From assembly GCA_018334915.1 (NCBI GenBank), contig JAGXLB010000001.1, forward strand, positions 11,017 through 75,016: a stretch of DNA of 64,000 bases, in the 5' to 3' direction. Source of the DNA: Candidatus Bipolaricaulota bacterium (GTDB lineage: Bacteria > Bipolaricaulota > Bipolaricaulia > M55B111). Under the pieces are notes generated by a model that was not told the origin of the DNA, made no database searches, and was given only the letters and a program-made list of their open reading frames with translations. Below, one piece after another: positions 37,620 to 47,624 of this stretch (positions are counted from its first letter, which is position 1; each line of letters opens with the position of its first letter). Made by a program: the position numbers and the translations under genes.

Positions 37620-38633
37620 TTGATGCGAGAGGCTGTTTCTCTATTCTCAGGTAGCCTTTCGAGTTCTCTTTCCACGGAGATAGCGGTAAGCCATTGTAAA
37701 GTCAATAGGGTAATTCTTCTGACCTTTCGGTCACCGTTCTTCGGTTACTACGAAGAAATTAAGGATATCGCAAATAATTTATGGCCCGAATGTCAATTCA
37801 GGAGTAAGTCGATAAAGCGTCGAACGGAATGTATAGCCTCGACCGAGGGAGTAGATTCACCAGAGGCGGATTCTTTTTGCACGAGATGTAGATTTGCCCT
37901 GCTGAAAACCGGGGGTGAGTTTCTTGATAGAGTTGGGGGGGATTTCTTGATCTCCGGGGAGAGGGCCGATTTAAGGGGTGAATACTGGGCCGAAAAACTC
38001 GCGAAAATCGAAAGAAGTGCCGGAGTGGGGGATCTGGTTTTTCGCCCGCTTTCCCCGAATATGAATAATTCCCTTCCGGAGAGGAAAGGCTGGATTACTT
38101 CCGATAATGATATTGACGCCAGAAAGGAGGATTCATTGCAGTCCCTTGCAGAAAAACTTGACCTGAACTCGGATTCCCAGTACTTCGGAGCGGGTACAAG
38201 GTGCAAATTAACAAGTCCGAAATACCGGAGAAGATTGAAAGACCTGGTCGAGGAAGAGGATTTTAACGTAAACGATCTCAGGTTGCTGGATTTCAGAGAT
38301 TATTACAAAATTCCTCCTGATACAAAGCTGGTTTTAGCAAAAAATCCCGAAGAGAAAAGAGAACTGCAAAATTACTTTCTTCCCCGGGATTTACGGTTTT
38401 ACCTTCCTACCCATAAGGGGCCCATGGGGCTGGTTCGGTCCGACTGGGACGGAAAATCCGAAAATGCCCTGGAGGAAGTCGTTGATTTAGCTGCCAGGGT
38501 TACAGTTGCGAAAAGTGAGGTAGACGGGCAGTTAAGCGTCCCCGTCAATTACAGGTTTGAGCACGATAACGAAACCTATACCCTTGAAGTACCTCCTCTT
38601 GAAAGTCGGAAGTTAGCCGAGCTATCGTTATAG
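37620..38633 (+). CDS. ThiI/MnmA-like adenine-nucleotide alpha-hydrolase with DUF814/NFACT-R-like C-terminus; degenerate PP-loop
   Basis: Layout LFSG...; CTRC; ISGE; RPL; PE.KGW; CKLT; D..LL matches this family, but SGGxDS reads SGSLSS. Confidence 0.7.
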   Translation: MMREAVSLFSGSLSSSLSTEIAVSHCKVNRVILLTFRSPFFGYYEEIKDIANNLWPECQFRSKSIKRRTECIASTEGVDSPEADSFCTRCRFALLKTGGEFLDRVGGDFLISGERADLRGEYWAEKLAKIERSAGVGDLVFRPLSPNMNNSLPERKGWITSDNDIDARKEDSLQSLAEKLDLNSDSQYFGAGTRCKLTSPKYRRRLKDLVEEEDFNVNDLRLLDFRDYYKIPPDTKLVLAKNPEEKRELQNYFLPRDLRFYLPTHKGPMGLVRSDWDGKSENALEEVVDLAARVTVAKSEVDGQLSVPVNYRFEHDNETYTLEVPPLESRKLAELSL

Positions 38634-38681
38634 TATCTTATCTTCGTTAATTCCTAATTTAAAAACTTTAAAAACAAAACC

Positions 38682-40718
38682 ATGAATAAATCTAACAAAC
38701 TACTGGAAGAACTAAATCCTGAACAGATTAGCGCAGTTACTCATTATAAAGGACCCATTTTGGTGCTATCCGGAGCAGGGAGTGGGAAGACAAGAGTAAT
38801 TACTCACCGGGCGGCTTATTTAATAGACCACTTTGGAATTCCGCCCTCCGATATCCTTGGACTAACTTTTACTAACAAAGCGGCTGACGAAATGAACGAA
38901 CGGCTGGAAAACTTATTACCCCGGCAGCTGGTTGATAGGTCTCCCTGGCTTGGCACGTTTCATGCACTGGGGGCTCAGCTGCTCCGTGATCTCATCGAAG
39001 TTCTTGATAAAGGTTACGATAGGTACTTCACTATCTACGATCAGGCCGACCAGAAGAAGGCAATAAAAGAGATTATGGTGGATTTGGATATTTCTACCGA
39101 GGAGTTCCAGCCCGGGGTAATAGCGTCGTTTATTAACGACGCCAAAAATGACTTGATCGGTCCGGATGAATTTCGGTCAAAAAAAGCAGGGGAGATCGAT
39201 GACTACACTTTAGGAGTGGTTAGCCGTGTCTATAATAGTTATCAGGAAAAACTGGAAGAGTGGAACGGTCTGGATTTTGGTGATTTGATAAGGCTTCCAA
39301 CGGCGTTGCTTGAGAAAGATCTGAAAACCGTTAAAAAGTGGCGAGAAAGATTTGAATTCCTACTCGTCGACGAGTACCAGGATACAAATCACGCTCAGTA
39401 CGTACTGGCAAGCCAGCTGGCAGCCCCGAAGAATAACATCTGTGTGGTAGGGGATGACGACCAGGCCATTTTCAGCTGGAGGGGGGCGGACGTAAGTAAC
39501 CTCCTGGAGTTCGAAGAAGACTACCCTAACGCAAAAGTGGTTCACCTCTCCAGAAACTACCGGTCCAAAAAGCCCATACTAAGGGCGGCTAACGCGATAA
39601 TAAAAAATAATAAGCTTAGGAAGCAGAAAAAAATGAAGCCTGAGAGGGGTGAGGGAAGGTCCATAACGGTTTATAACGCATCCGATGAAGATGACGAAGC
39701 AAACTTCCTCATCCGGCAAATAAAGGAACTCAGGAAAAAGGGGGTTAAACTCGGAGAAATAGCCATCCTGTACAGAGTTAATCCTCTGTCTCGGGGAATC
39801 GAGAAGAAGCTGGTGAAACGTAATATTCCTTACGAGATTGTCCGGGGGACCAGGTTCTATGAAAGGCGGGAAGTAAAGGACGTACTGGCGTATTTAAGGG
39901 TTGTCTGTAATCCTCATGACGATCTTCATCTCCTTCGGATAATCAATGTTCCCCGGAGAGGGATAGGATCAAAAACCGAGGAAGCGATTCGACGATTGGC
40001 CCGAAGTCAGGGTGCGTCCGTGTGGGACGTATTAACGAACGAAGAAAAACCTTCCGAGCTCTCAAGCCGCCAGAAGTCCAGATTGGAAAATTTTAAGGAA
40101 TTAATCGAGGATATGAGAGAGCGAAGGGGAGAAGGGGGTTTAGTTGACTTCGTAAAACAGGTGATTTCGGAGACTGGCTACTTCTCTTTCCTCGAAAAGG
40201 AATATGATCCGGAATCGGCTGAAGACCGGAGAAACAACGTACGAGAGTTAATTGGTCAAATAAAGGAGACGAAGGACGAAACCCTGGACCTTGAGGAATT
40301 CCTTGAAAACGTTGCCCTTGAATCCGACGTGGATAATTACGAGAATCAGCGTAATAAAGTATCGTTGTTGACGTTACACTCGGCGAAAGGGCTAGAGTTT
40401 GGTTATGTTTTTATGGTTGCAATGGAGGATGGATTACTGCCTCATAAAAGGTCGCTGGAAGAGCAGAGAATGGAAGAAGAAAGGAGACTTTGTTACGTGG
40501 GTCTGACAAGGGCCAAGAACAGGGTATTCCTTACTTACACTGACAGCAGGTTTCTCTACGGTCAGAGGTTCAGCCACTTGCCTTCCCGGTTTCTTGAAGA
40601 GATTCCTGATGAAGAGAAAATATACGTAAAGAAAGAATCCGGTGCAGTGACCTCAAAGGGAGATGGCTCACGAGTCAATAACGCTGGCGGGGAAAGCTGG
40701 AAGGACTTCCTGGAATGA
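38682..40718 (+). CDS. pcrA: UvrD/PcrA DNA helicase
   Basis: GAGSGKT, TFTNKAA, VDEYQD, VGDDDQ, NYRS, TLHSAKGLEF, EERRLCYV.LTRA. Confidence 0.97.
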   Translation: MNKSNKLLEELNPEQISAVTHYKGPILVLSGAGSGKTRVITHRAAYLIDHFGIPPSDILGLTFTNKAADEMNERLENLLPRQLVDRSPWLGTFHALGAQLLRDLIEVLDKGYDRYFTIYDQADQKKAIKEIMVDLDISTEEFQPGVIASFINDAKNDLIGPDEFRSKKAGEIDDYTLGVVSRVYNSYQEKLEEWNGLDFGDLIRLPTALLEKDLKTVKKWRERFEFLLVDEYQDTNHAQYVLASQLAAPKNNICVVGDDDQAIFSWRGADVSNLLEFEEDYPNAKVVHLSRNYRSKKPILRAANAIIKNNKLRKQKKMKPERGEGRSITVYNASDEDDEANFLIRQIKELRKKGVKLGEIAILYRVNPLSRGIEKKLVKRNIPYEIVRGTRFYERREVKDVLAYLRVVCNPHDDLHLLRIINVPRRGIGSKTEEAIRRLARSQGASVWDVLTNEEKPSELSSRQKSRLENFKELIEDMRERRGEGGLVDFVKQVISETGYFSFLEKEYDPESAEDRRNNVRELIGQIKETKDETLDLEEFLENVALESDVDNYENQRNKVSLLTLHSAKGLEFGYVFMVAMEDGLLPHKRSLEEQRMEEERRLCYVGLTRAKNRVFLTYTDSRFLYGQRFSHLPSRFLEEIPDEEKIYVKKESGAVTSKGDGSRVNNAGGESWKDFLE

Positions 40719-40719
40719 G

Positions 40720-40747
40720 TTGAAATCGTTCCCACCTGCCTTATAAT
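40720..40747 (+). promoter_or_regulatory. Sigma70-type promoter
   Basis: TTGAAA-16 nt-TATAAT right after the pcrA stop. Confidence 0.6.
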
Positions 40748-40925
40748 TGGTGAGCAGTTTCGTTAAGTTAACTTAATGCTTTTATACTTATCTATTCTAG
40801 TGCACCAGCCTTGATTTGGTACCAAAAAAGTAGAAAAATGTAGTCAGAATCGTGGACTTTACGGGAAGATGAAGTAGCTATTTCTAAATCGGGTAATTTA
40901 GATTTTATGGAGAGGTGGGGGGTTT

Positions 40926-41228
40926 ATGCCTTTATACAAGTATCGCTGTACTGAATGTGATAACACCTTTAAGGTCCTGCAAAGGAACGGAAAAAAGGAC
41001 GAAGAGCCCGAATGTCCGGTTTGTGGAGCCAGAGAAACCGAAAGAGTAATTTCAAGTGTCGGAATTAGGTTTAAAGGGAGCGGTTTTTACAGAACCGATT
41101 ATGGTGACGGTAATAGCAGTTATAAAGGAAATGGTAATAATGGGGGGAAGGACGGGAACGGTAAAGGTTCCGGAGAGACAGGAAAAAGCGAAAAAGAAGG
41201 TGCAAGTTCAGGTAGAGGAGAAGATTGA
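40926..41228 (+). CDS. FmdB-family zinc ribbon protein
   Basis: MPLYKYRC..C...CPVCG...FKGSGFY.TDY plus a low-complexity G/N/K tail. Confidence 0.92.
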   Translation: MPLYKYRCTECDNTFKVLQRNGKKDEEPECPVCGARETERVISSVGIRFKGSGFYRTDYGDGNSSYKGNGNNGGKDGNGKGSGETGKSEKEGASSGRGED

Positions 41229-41630
41229 TCGGGAATTGATTACTTTCGATATTAAGCGCTTTTCGGGTTTTGCCGGTTAGAGGTGGTTTTAGAACGCGCT
41301 CCAGCTCGGCAAGTGAGTAGGGCCAAAGAGGGTGTTCTTCTTATTATACTTTTCTCGGTTATCTTGCGGCATATTAGAGCTGGAGAATTACTTCACATTA
41401 ACTGTCGGGCTTTCCCAATCTTATCAAATCCAACAACTAAAGAATCGGGGTTAAAAAATTGTGACGTTATGGTTTAACCTGAATAGTGTAGATTTTGCAC
41501 TTTTTCAAGCTCAGCAAGGCTAGAAAGAGAATAAGTCTCAACCAACGTTAGGTGCCTTTCTACAAGTAATATCCATAAGAAGACTCCTGTAAAATGGTTG
41601 GTTTTATCATTAGTAGCGAGGTGATTGCGG

Positions 41631-44600
41631 ATGTTGTCGGGTGACGATATCAAGGAAGTAAAATTGATGTTTGCTTCACCGGAAGAGATCAGGAGATGGT
41701 CTCACGGTGAGGTTACTGAATCAGAGACGATAAATTATAGAACTCACAAGCCCGAAAAGGGTGGGTTGTACGCCGAGGAAATTTTCGGGCCTGAAGAGGA
41801 TTATAAGTGTGCCTGTGGAAAATACGAAGGGAAGAAATACGAGGGTATAACCTGCGAAAAGTGTGGCGTTCTAGTTACTGATTCTTCGGTCAGGCGCGAA
41901 AACATGGGTCACATCGAACTTGCAAGTTCCGTTATCCATTTTTGGTTTCTTAAAGGTATATCCAGTCCGCTGAGCAAGTTACTGGATATAAAGAAGAAAA
42001 CTCTGAGGAAGATAGCTTACTACGAAGCAGAGACAACGCTTGAAGATATTGAGATCGTTATTTCCACGGAAGGCGATAAAGTGAGGGAGGGTGAGCGCCT
42101 CTATAGTTCTGAACTGGAAATACTATCCCGGCACCTGGATTTTGAAACGGAGAACGGCATCGTAATAAATGACGCACCGAAACTTACCGCAAACGAAGAC
42201 GGAGAAGTATCGATTGACCACAAAAAATTACAGAACGGAGAAGGCATCGCCGTGGTTTCGATAGCGGATGAAGAATTCCCCGTATCGGAAGACGTCATTC
42301 TTGAGGTCAGTGACGGAGACGAGGTTGAAGAAGGAGACCTTATTGCGGAGACGCCGGTAGGTGAAATCTGTTCTGAAACTTTCCTCGAAATGGCGAAATC
42401 CCGCTATGGCGACGCCATAGAATCCGAGGAGGCACAGGAAGAAGTCGACAACCTTGCTTTTTTGGTAACTTCCGTGGAAAACGAAGAAGTTCCTCTGGAA
42501 GTTGGACAAAAGATTGCCCAGCTTGAGAAGGAAGCTTACGAAAGATTGTATCCTGCCGGATTTTCTGCGTACACTGGAGCGAAAGGGATCAAAGGATTGC
42601 TGGAAAACATCGATCTGGAAGAGCTCAGTCAGTCGCTCAGCAATAGGTTAAGCAAGGAAACCTCAAAGACAGCAAAAAATAAGCTATCTAAAAGGCTTAG
42701 TGTAGTCGAGAAACTCCGAGACTCAGGGAACGAAGCAAGCTATATTGCCCTGGACGCAATACCGGTACTTCCTCCCGACCTCAGGCCGATAGTTCACCTG
42801 GAAGGTGGGAAGTTCGCTACCACTGACCTCAATGACCTCTATAGAAGGATTATAAACAGAAATAACAGACTCAAGCGGCTGGAGGACATGGGAGCTCCCG
42901 AGGTTATCCTCAGGAACGAACGTCGAATGCTCCAGGAATCAGTGGACGCCATTATACATAATGAAAAGAAAAACACACCTATTAGAGGGAAGGACGACCG
43001 TCCGCTAAAGTCGCTTTCGGATAGAATATCGGGCAAGCACGGTAGGCTAAGGCGTAACCTGCTCGGAAGGCGGGTTGACTATTCCGGTCGAGCAGTTATC
43101 GTTGTTGATCCCGAACTGAAGCTCTGGCAGTGTGGAGTTCCGAAGAAAATGGCTCTGGAACTTTTCAAGCCTTTCGTTACCAGGTACCTGGATGACACGA
43201 CCTATTCGGATTACAACGAGATAAAGAACAAAGCTCTTGCGGGGGAAATGCCTGACGTCTGGAATTATTTGGAAGATCTCCTCCAGGAAAGGCCCGTACT
43301 GCTCAATCGAGCCCCGACCCTGCATAGACTTGGTATAGAAGCGTTCGAGCCAAAGCTGGTAGACGGTGATGCCATACATATTCATCCGCACGTCTGTCCG
43401 CCCTACAACGCGGACTTTGACGGAGATCAGATGGCTATTCACCTTCCGTTAACGAGGGAAGCCGTAAACGAATCGAGAGATATAATGCTCTCGTCGAAAA
43501 ATTTGCTTTCTCCAGCTTACGGAGGACCGCTTACTAAACCGACGCAGGATCAGATTTACGCTTACTACTATCTTACCGAAATAGACGAGGATGGTAAGGG
43601 AGAGGGCAAGTACTTTGCCAACCTCCAGGAAGCAAAAAGGGCCTACCAAAACGACGTTATTGGTCTTCACGCTCCTGTAAAGATTCGTATTGACGGGGAG
43701 ATAGTCGATACTACTCTTGGTAGGGCGAAGTTAAACGAACTATTCCCATCCGATCTCAGGAATTACGATAAGAAGTTTGAATCTTCTGATATTTCTGAGC
43801 TCTTGATGAAGGTTTACGAAAACTACGGAAATGAACGGGTCGTTAGTTTATTGGACGATCTTAAGGAACTTGGCTTCTCTGAAGCGACTCAATCGGCACT
43901 TACCATTTCTACGACCGACTGTCTGGCTCCAGATGAAAAGGACGCCATTCTCGAACGAGCTATGGACAGGGTAAGAGAAGTGAACGAAATGTTTGAGCGA
44001 GGACTTGCTTCCGAAGACGAGAGATCTTCCACGATCGTGGACATCTGGCACGAGACGGTGGACGAGATCGAAGATGCTACCATGAGTAACTTTGCGGAAA
44101 ACAAGTTTAATTCTCTTCAGATGATGGTAGGTTCGGGAGCTCGCGGAAGTGCCGATCAGGTGAAGCAGTTAGCTGGTATGCGTGGACTTATGGCGGATCC
44201 CTCCGGCGATGTAATAGAGATGCCGGTTAAGTCAAACTTCCGAGAGGGCTTGGATATGATGGAATACTTTATATCCACCCACGGTGGACGGAAAGGGACT
44301 GCCGACACCGCACTGAAAACAGCCGATTCCGGCTATCTGACGCGGAGGCTTGTCGAAGCTGTTTCGAATATAGTAGTCCGGGAGTCGGACTGTGGCACCA
44401 ATAGAGGGCTCGAGATAGACCCGTTGAGATACGATGGCGGGGAACTAATGGAAGGTATCGAGGAGAGGGTCTACGGAAAAACATTAGCTGAACCCGTTAT
44501 TGATCCCGATGACGGTAGCGTGATGGGAGAAGAAGGCGAACTTGTAGACAAGGAACTAGCCTCCCGTCTGGAAAGAAAAAAGATAACCGTCGAGCTTTCC

Positions 44601-46613
44601 AACGATGGCCTGGAAAAGATAATGGGCACCAGTAGCCTGGAAGATGTTCGCGACCCGGAAAGTGGTAACGTGATTGTAGAGAGAGACGAAGTTATAGGTC
44701 CGGCCGAACGGGGTAAACTGAAAGCTAGTGGCGTAGGTGAGATCAAAGTGCGACCGCAAATTGTGGTTAGGTCTCCGGTAACATGTGAGACGGAGAAAGG
44801 TGTCTGTCAGCAGTGTTATGGCATGGATATGTCAACACACGAACTTGTGGACAAAGGAGAGGCTGCGGGAATAATTGCGGCTCAGTCGATCGGTGAGCCT
44901 GGAACTCAGTTGACAATGAGAACATTCCACTCCGGTGGTGTTGCAGGAGAGGATATTACTCAGGGATTACCCAGAGCGGAAGAATTATTCGAAGCACGGA
45001 AGACGACGAAGAGTGCCCAGGCTACTATCACCGACATAGAAGGCCACATCACAGAGATGACTGACACGGAAGAAGGAAAGAGAATAGAGATTGAAGGGGA
45101 ATCTCAGGAGTTAACGGTCCCTTCGTCTCTTTGTCTGGTGGAACCTGATGAAGAAGCAAACCTATCGGATGTCGTCGACAATACAAGCCCTCACGCCGGA
45201 ACGGTTCGGATAGTAGAGGAAGAAGGTCAGAGGGTTATGTATCTTCTTATGAGTCGTTCGGATGCCTACTACGAATTGCCTGACGGGCTGGAGATCGAAA
45301 AGGAGTCTGGTGATTTCGTAGAAAAAGGAGACGTTCTCTCCGATAAGGTCAAACTTGATCAGGTATTTGCCAAGAAAGGCGGGACGATTGAGGAGATAGA
45401 CAGAGGCAAACGGTTGATTTCTCTTACCGATCACGAAGGGAACGTGGTTGACCACCTTATACCTCCTCTGGCAAAGCCGCTGGTCGAGGAAGGCGAGGGT
45501 GTCGATGAAGGAGAAAAGCTCATTGATCTAAAAAGTTCTGACCAGTTAACAGCCGACAAGTCAGGCGTTTTAATAATCGCTGATAATTCGGTGATTATAT
45601 TCCAGCCTGAGGATGGGCGCAAGAGAATTCCACTTTCCGAAGCCATGATTCCGGAAGTTGTAGACGGAGAAGAGGTGAAAAAAGGCAAAACGCTTTTTTC
45701 CATCGACAGACCGGCAGACCGTAGGCTGATTATTAACGAAGTGGAGGAAGTAAATGAAGATTTCGCCCGGTTAACTTACAGGTATCGGGAAGAGGTTAAT
45801 ATTACGCACTCTCCCGTTGTAGACCTGGGTGATAAAGTTAAGCCGGGAGAACAACTCTCCAAAGGAGTAATTCCGCCACACAACTTGCTGGATAAAGCGG
45901 GAGTAGAAAGAACCTACGAATATTTACTTACCGAGATCCAGAAGGTCTATAAGAGTCAGGGAGTAGACATTAACGATACCCACGTCGAAATTATTATTGC
46001 TCAGATGTTGAATAACGTGATAGTAAGTGATAGAGGGGATTCTGACCTGACTCAAAACGAATTGATTACCCTGGAAGAATTCAGGAATGTGGTTAATAAG
46101 TTGAGGATAAAGAACGAAAAGGTCAGGGAAAATAGAAGGGAAATACTGGGAAGGGAGATAGCTGAAGACGTAAAGAAGGGTAAGCGGTTGATAGCAAAGG
46201 AAGAGGAAACAGTGACGGAAAACGTACTGGAATACGCGACGGAGTCAGGTATAAAAGAAATACCCGTGATTTTTGATGGCGAGGTCAAGGATTTACGGGT
46301 AAAGGAATTCCAGCTTCCCGAAGCGGATAGACAGCTATTGAGGATATCCAAGTCCGCTCTCAAAACCAAAGGTTGGCTCTCCGCGGCTTCGTTCCAGAGA
46401 ACCACGTCTGCACTAACCAATGCGGCTTTGAGTGGCCAGTCCGATGAACTAAAGGGCCTTAAGCCCAACATAATTGTAGGCAAGAAAGTATCGGTAGGAA
46501 CCGGATTCGAGGATGAGGAAAACGAAGACAAGAAGATGCCTCAGGAAGAGGAGCGAGCCGAAACTGGAGAAGAGAAAGAGGGGCTAAGTCCCGTGGATTC
46601 TAAGTCAGCTTGA
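41631..46613 (+). CDS. rpoC: DNA-directed RNA polymerase beta' subunit with large insertions
   Basis: ETINYRT, zinc sites, [41 protein letters not shown] 41631 follows GAGGTG. Confidence 0.99.
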   Translation: MLSGDDIKEVKLMFASPEEIRRWSHGEVTESETINYRTHKPEKGGLYAEEIFGPEEDYKCACGKYEGKKYEGITCEKCGVLVTDSSVRRENMGHIELASSVIHFWFLKGISSPLSKLLDIKKKTLRKIAYYEAETTLEDIEIVISTEGDKVREGERLYSSELEILSRHLDFETENGIVINDAPKLTANEDGEVSIDHKKLQNGEGIAVVSIADEEFPVSEDVILEVSDGDEVEEGDLIAETPVGEICSETFLEMAKSRYGDAIESEEAQEEVDNLAFLVTSVENEEVPLEVGQKIAQLEKEAYERLYPAGFSAYTGAKGIKGLLENIDLEELSQSLSNRLSKETSKTAKNKLSKRLSVVEKLRDSGNEASYIALDAIPVLPPDLRPIVHLEGGKFATTDLNDLYRRIINRNNRLKRLEDMGAPEVILRNERRMLQESVDAIIHNEKKNTPIRGKDDRPLKSLSDRISGKHGRLRRNLLGRRVDYSGRAVIVVDPELKLWQCGVPKKMALELFKPFVTRYLDDTTYSDYNEIKNKALAGEMPDVWNYLEDLLQERPVLLNRAPTLHRLGIEAFEPKLVDGDAIHIHPHVCPPYNADFDGDQMAIHLPLTREAVNESRDIMLSSKNLLSPAYGGPLTKPTQDQIYAYYYLTEIDEDGKGEGKYFANLQEAKRAYQNDVIGLHAPVKIRIDGEIVDTTLGRAKLNELFPSDLRNYDKKFESSDISELLMKVYENYGNERVVSLLDDLKELGFSEATQSALTISTTDCLAPDEKDAILERAMDRVREVNEMFERGLASEDERSSTIVDIWHETVDEIEDATMSNFAENKFNSLQMMVGSGARGSADQVKQLAGMRGLMADPSGDVIEMPVKSNFREGLDMMEYFISTHGGRKGTADTALKTADSGYLTRRLVEAVSNIVVRESDCGTNRGLEIDPLRYDGGELMEGIEERVYGKTLAEPVIDPDDGSVMGEEGELVDKELASRLERKKITVELSNDGLEKIMGTSSLEDVRDPESGNVIVERDEVIGPAERGKLKASGVGEIKVRPQIVVRSPVTCETEKGVCQQCYGMDMSTHELVDKGEAAGIIAAQSIGEPGTQLTMRTFHSGGVAGEDITQGLPRAEELFEARKTTKSAQATITDIEGHITEMTDTEEGKRIEIEGESQELTVPSSLCLVEPDEEANLSDVVDNTSPHAGTVRIVEEEGQRVMYLLMSRSDAYYELPDGLEIEKESGDFVEKGDVLSDKVKLDQVFAKKGGTIEEIDRGKRLISLTDHEGNVVDHLIPPLAKPLVEEGEGVDEGEKLIDLKSSDQLTADKSGVLIIADNSVIIFQPEDGRKRIPLSEAMIPEVVDGEEVKKGKTLFSIDRPADRRLIINEVEEVNEDFARLTYRYREEVNITHSPVVDLGDKVKPGEQLSKGVIPPHNLLDKAGVERTYEYLLTEIQKVYKSQGVDINDTHVEIIIAQMLNNVIVSDRGDSDLTQNELITLEEFRNVVNKLRIKNEKVRENRREILGREIAEDVKKGKRLIAKEEETVTENVLEYATESGIKEIPVIFDGEVKDLRVKEFQLPEADRQLLRISKSALKTKGWLSAASFQRTTSALTNAALSGQSDELKGLKPNIIVGKKVSVGTGFEDEENEDKKMPQEEERAETGEEKEGLSPVDSKSA

Positions 46614-46638
46614 CAATAAAAAGGGGCTAGCTTATAAT
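46610..46638 (+). promoter_or_regulatory. Consensus sigma70 promoter for the str operon
   Basis: TTGACA-17 nt-TATAAT; the -35 box overlaps the rpoC TGA. Confidence 0.88.
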
Positions 46639-46672
46639 TTCTGGCACTTAACAGGAGTGATGAGAATAAGAT

Positions 46673-47044
46673 ATGCCGACGATTAATCAGCTAGTAAGGA
46701 AAGGAAGATCGAGTAAGAAGAAGAAGACCAGCTCCCGGGCTCTGGACGGCTGTCCACAGAAACGAGGGGTAGTAACCAGGGTATATACCAGGACTCCGAA
46801 AAAGCCGAACTCGGCGTTGAGGAAGGTTGCGCGAGTCAGGTTGAGTAATGGAAAAGAAGTAACGGCATACATACCTGGCGAGGGTCACGAATTGCAGGAA
46901 CATGCCGTAGTGCTGGTTAGAGGGGGACGAGTTAAAGATTTGCCGGGGGTAAGATATCATATTGTTCGCGGAGCTTACGACGTAACCGGTGTAGATGGAA
47001 GGAAACAGGGCCGGTCTAAATATGGAACGAAGAAGCCGAGTTAG
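46673..47044 (+). CDS. rpsL: 30S ribosomal protein uS12
   Basis: [28 protein letters not shown]. Confidence 0.99.
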   Translation: MPTINQLVRKGRSSKKKKTSSRALDGCPQKRGVVTRVYTRTPKKPNSALRKVARVRLSNGKEVTAYIPGEGHELQEHAVVLVRGGRVKDLPGVRYHIVRGAYDVTGVDGRKQGRSKYGTKKPS

Positions 47045-47056
47045 GAGGATGGATTA

Positions 47057-47515
47057 ATGGGATTGCCTGGACGTGAAGTAAACCAAGACATTAAACACGG
47101 GAGCAAGTTGGTCGGGAAGTTTGCAAACTATATAATGCAGGATGGAAAGAAGAACCTTGCTTTTAAAATTATTTACAAGGCTTTTTCTCTAATTGAAGAG
47201 AGAGAAGGAGAGCCTGGAGTCAAAGTTTTCCGGGAAGCGATAGATAATATTTCGCCCGAACTGGAGACGAGAAGCAGAAGAGTTGGAGGGGCAAATTATC
47301 AGGTGCCGTACGAAGTTTCATCGGATAGACAGGTTGCGCTTTCCTTCCGCTGGTTGGTTGATGTTGCTTCATCAAGAAACGAACCCCGGATGGAAGAGCG
47401 TCTGGCGAGCGAAATAATATTGGCCAGCAACAAGGAAGGGGAAGCTTACGAGAGAAAGCTTGAATCCCACCGACGCGCGGAGGCTAATAAGGCCTTTGCC
47501 CATTATCGCTGGTAA
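47057..47515 (+). CDS. rpsG: 30S ribosomal protein uS7
   Basis: DGKK, RRVGGANYQVP, AEANKAFAHYRW. Confidence 0.98.
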   Translation: MGLPGREVNQDIKHGSKLVGKFANYIMQDGKKNLAFKIIYKAFSLIEEREGEPGVKVFREAIDNISPELETRSRRVGGANYQVPYEVSSDRQVALSFRWLVDVASSRNEPRMEERLASEIILASNKEGEAYERKLESHRRAEANKAFAHYRW

Positions 47516-47557
47516 ATCTTCGGCGATTCGAGATTAATCTGGTTTTATCTCCATAAA

Positions 47558-47584
47558 GTCCTTTCCAATTGAGAAAGGGTTTTT
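47558..47584 (+). terminator. Terminator-like hairpin between rpsG and fusA
   Basis: GUCCUUUC-CAAUUGA-GAAAGGGU followed by UUUU. Confidence 0.4.
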
Positions 47585-47624
47585 GTATCTTAGCCGCTCT
47601 TAGGGATTTATAGGAATTTATATT

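Noticed and set aside
41283..41477. 64-aa ORF upstream of rpoC as an rpoB remnant
   Set aside because: No similarity to RpoB C-terminal motifs.
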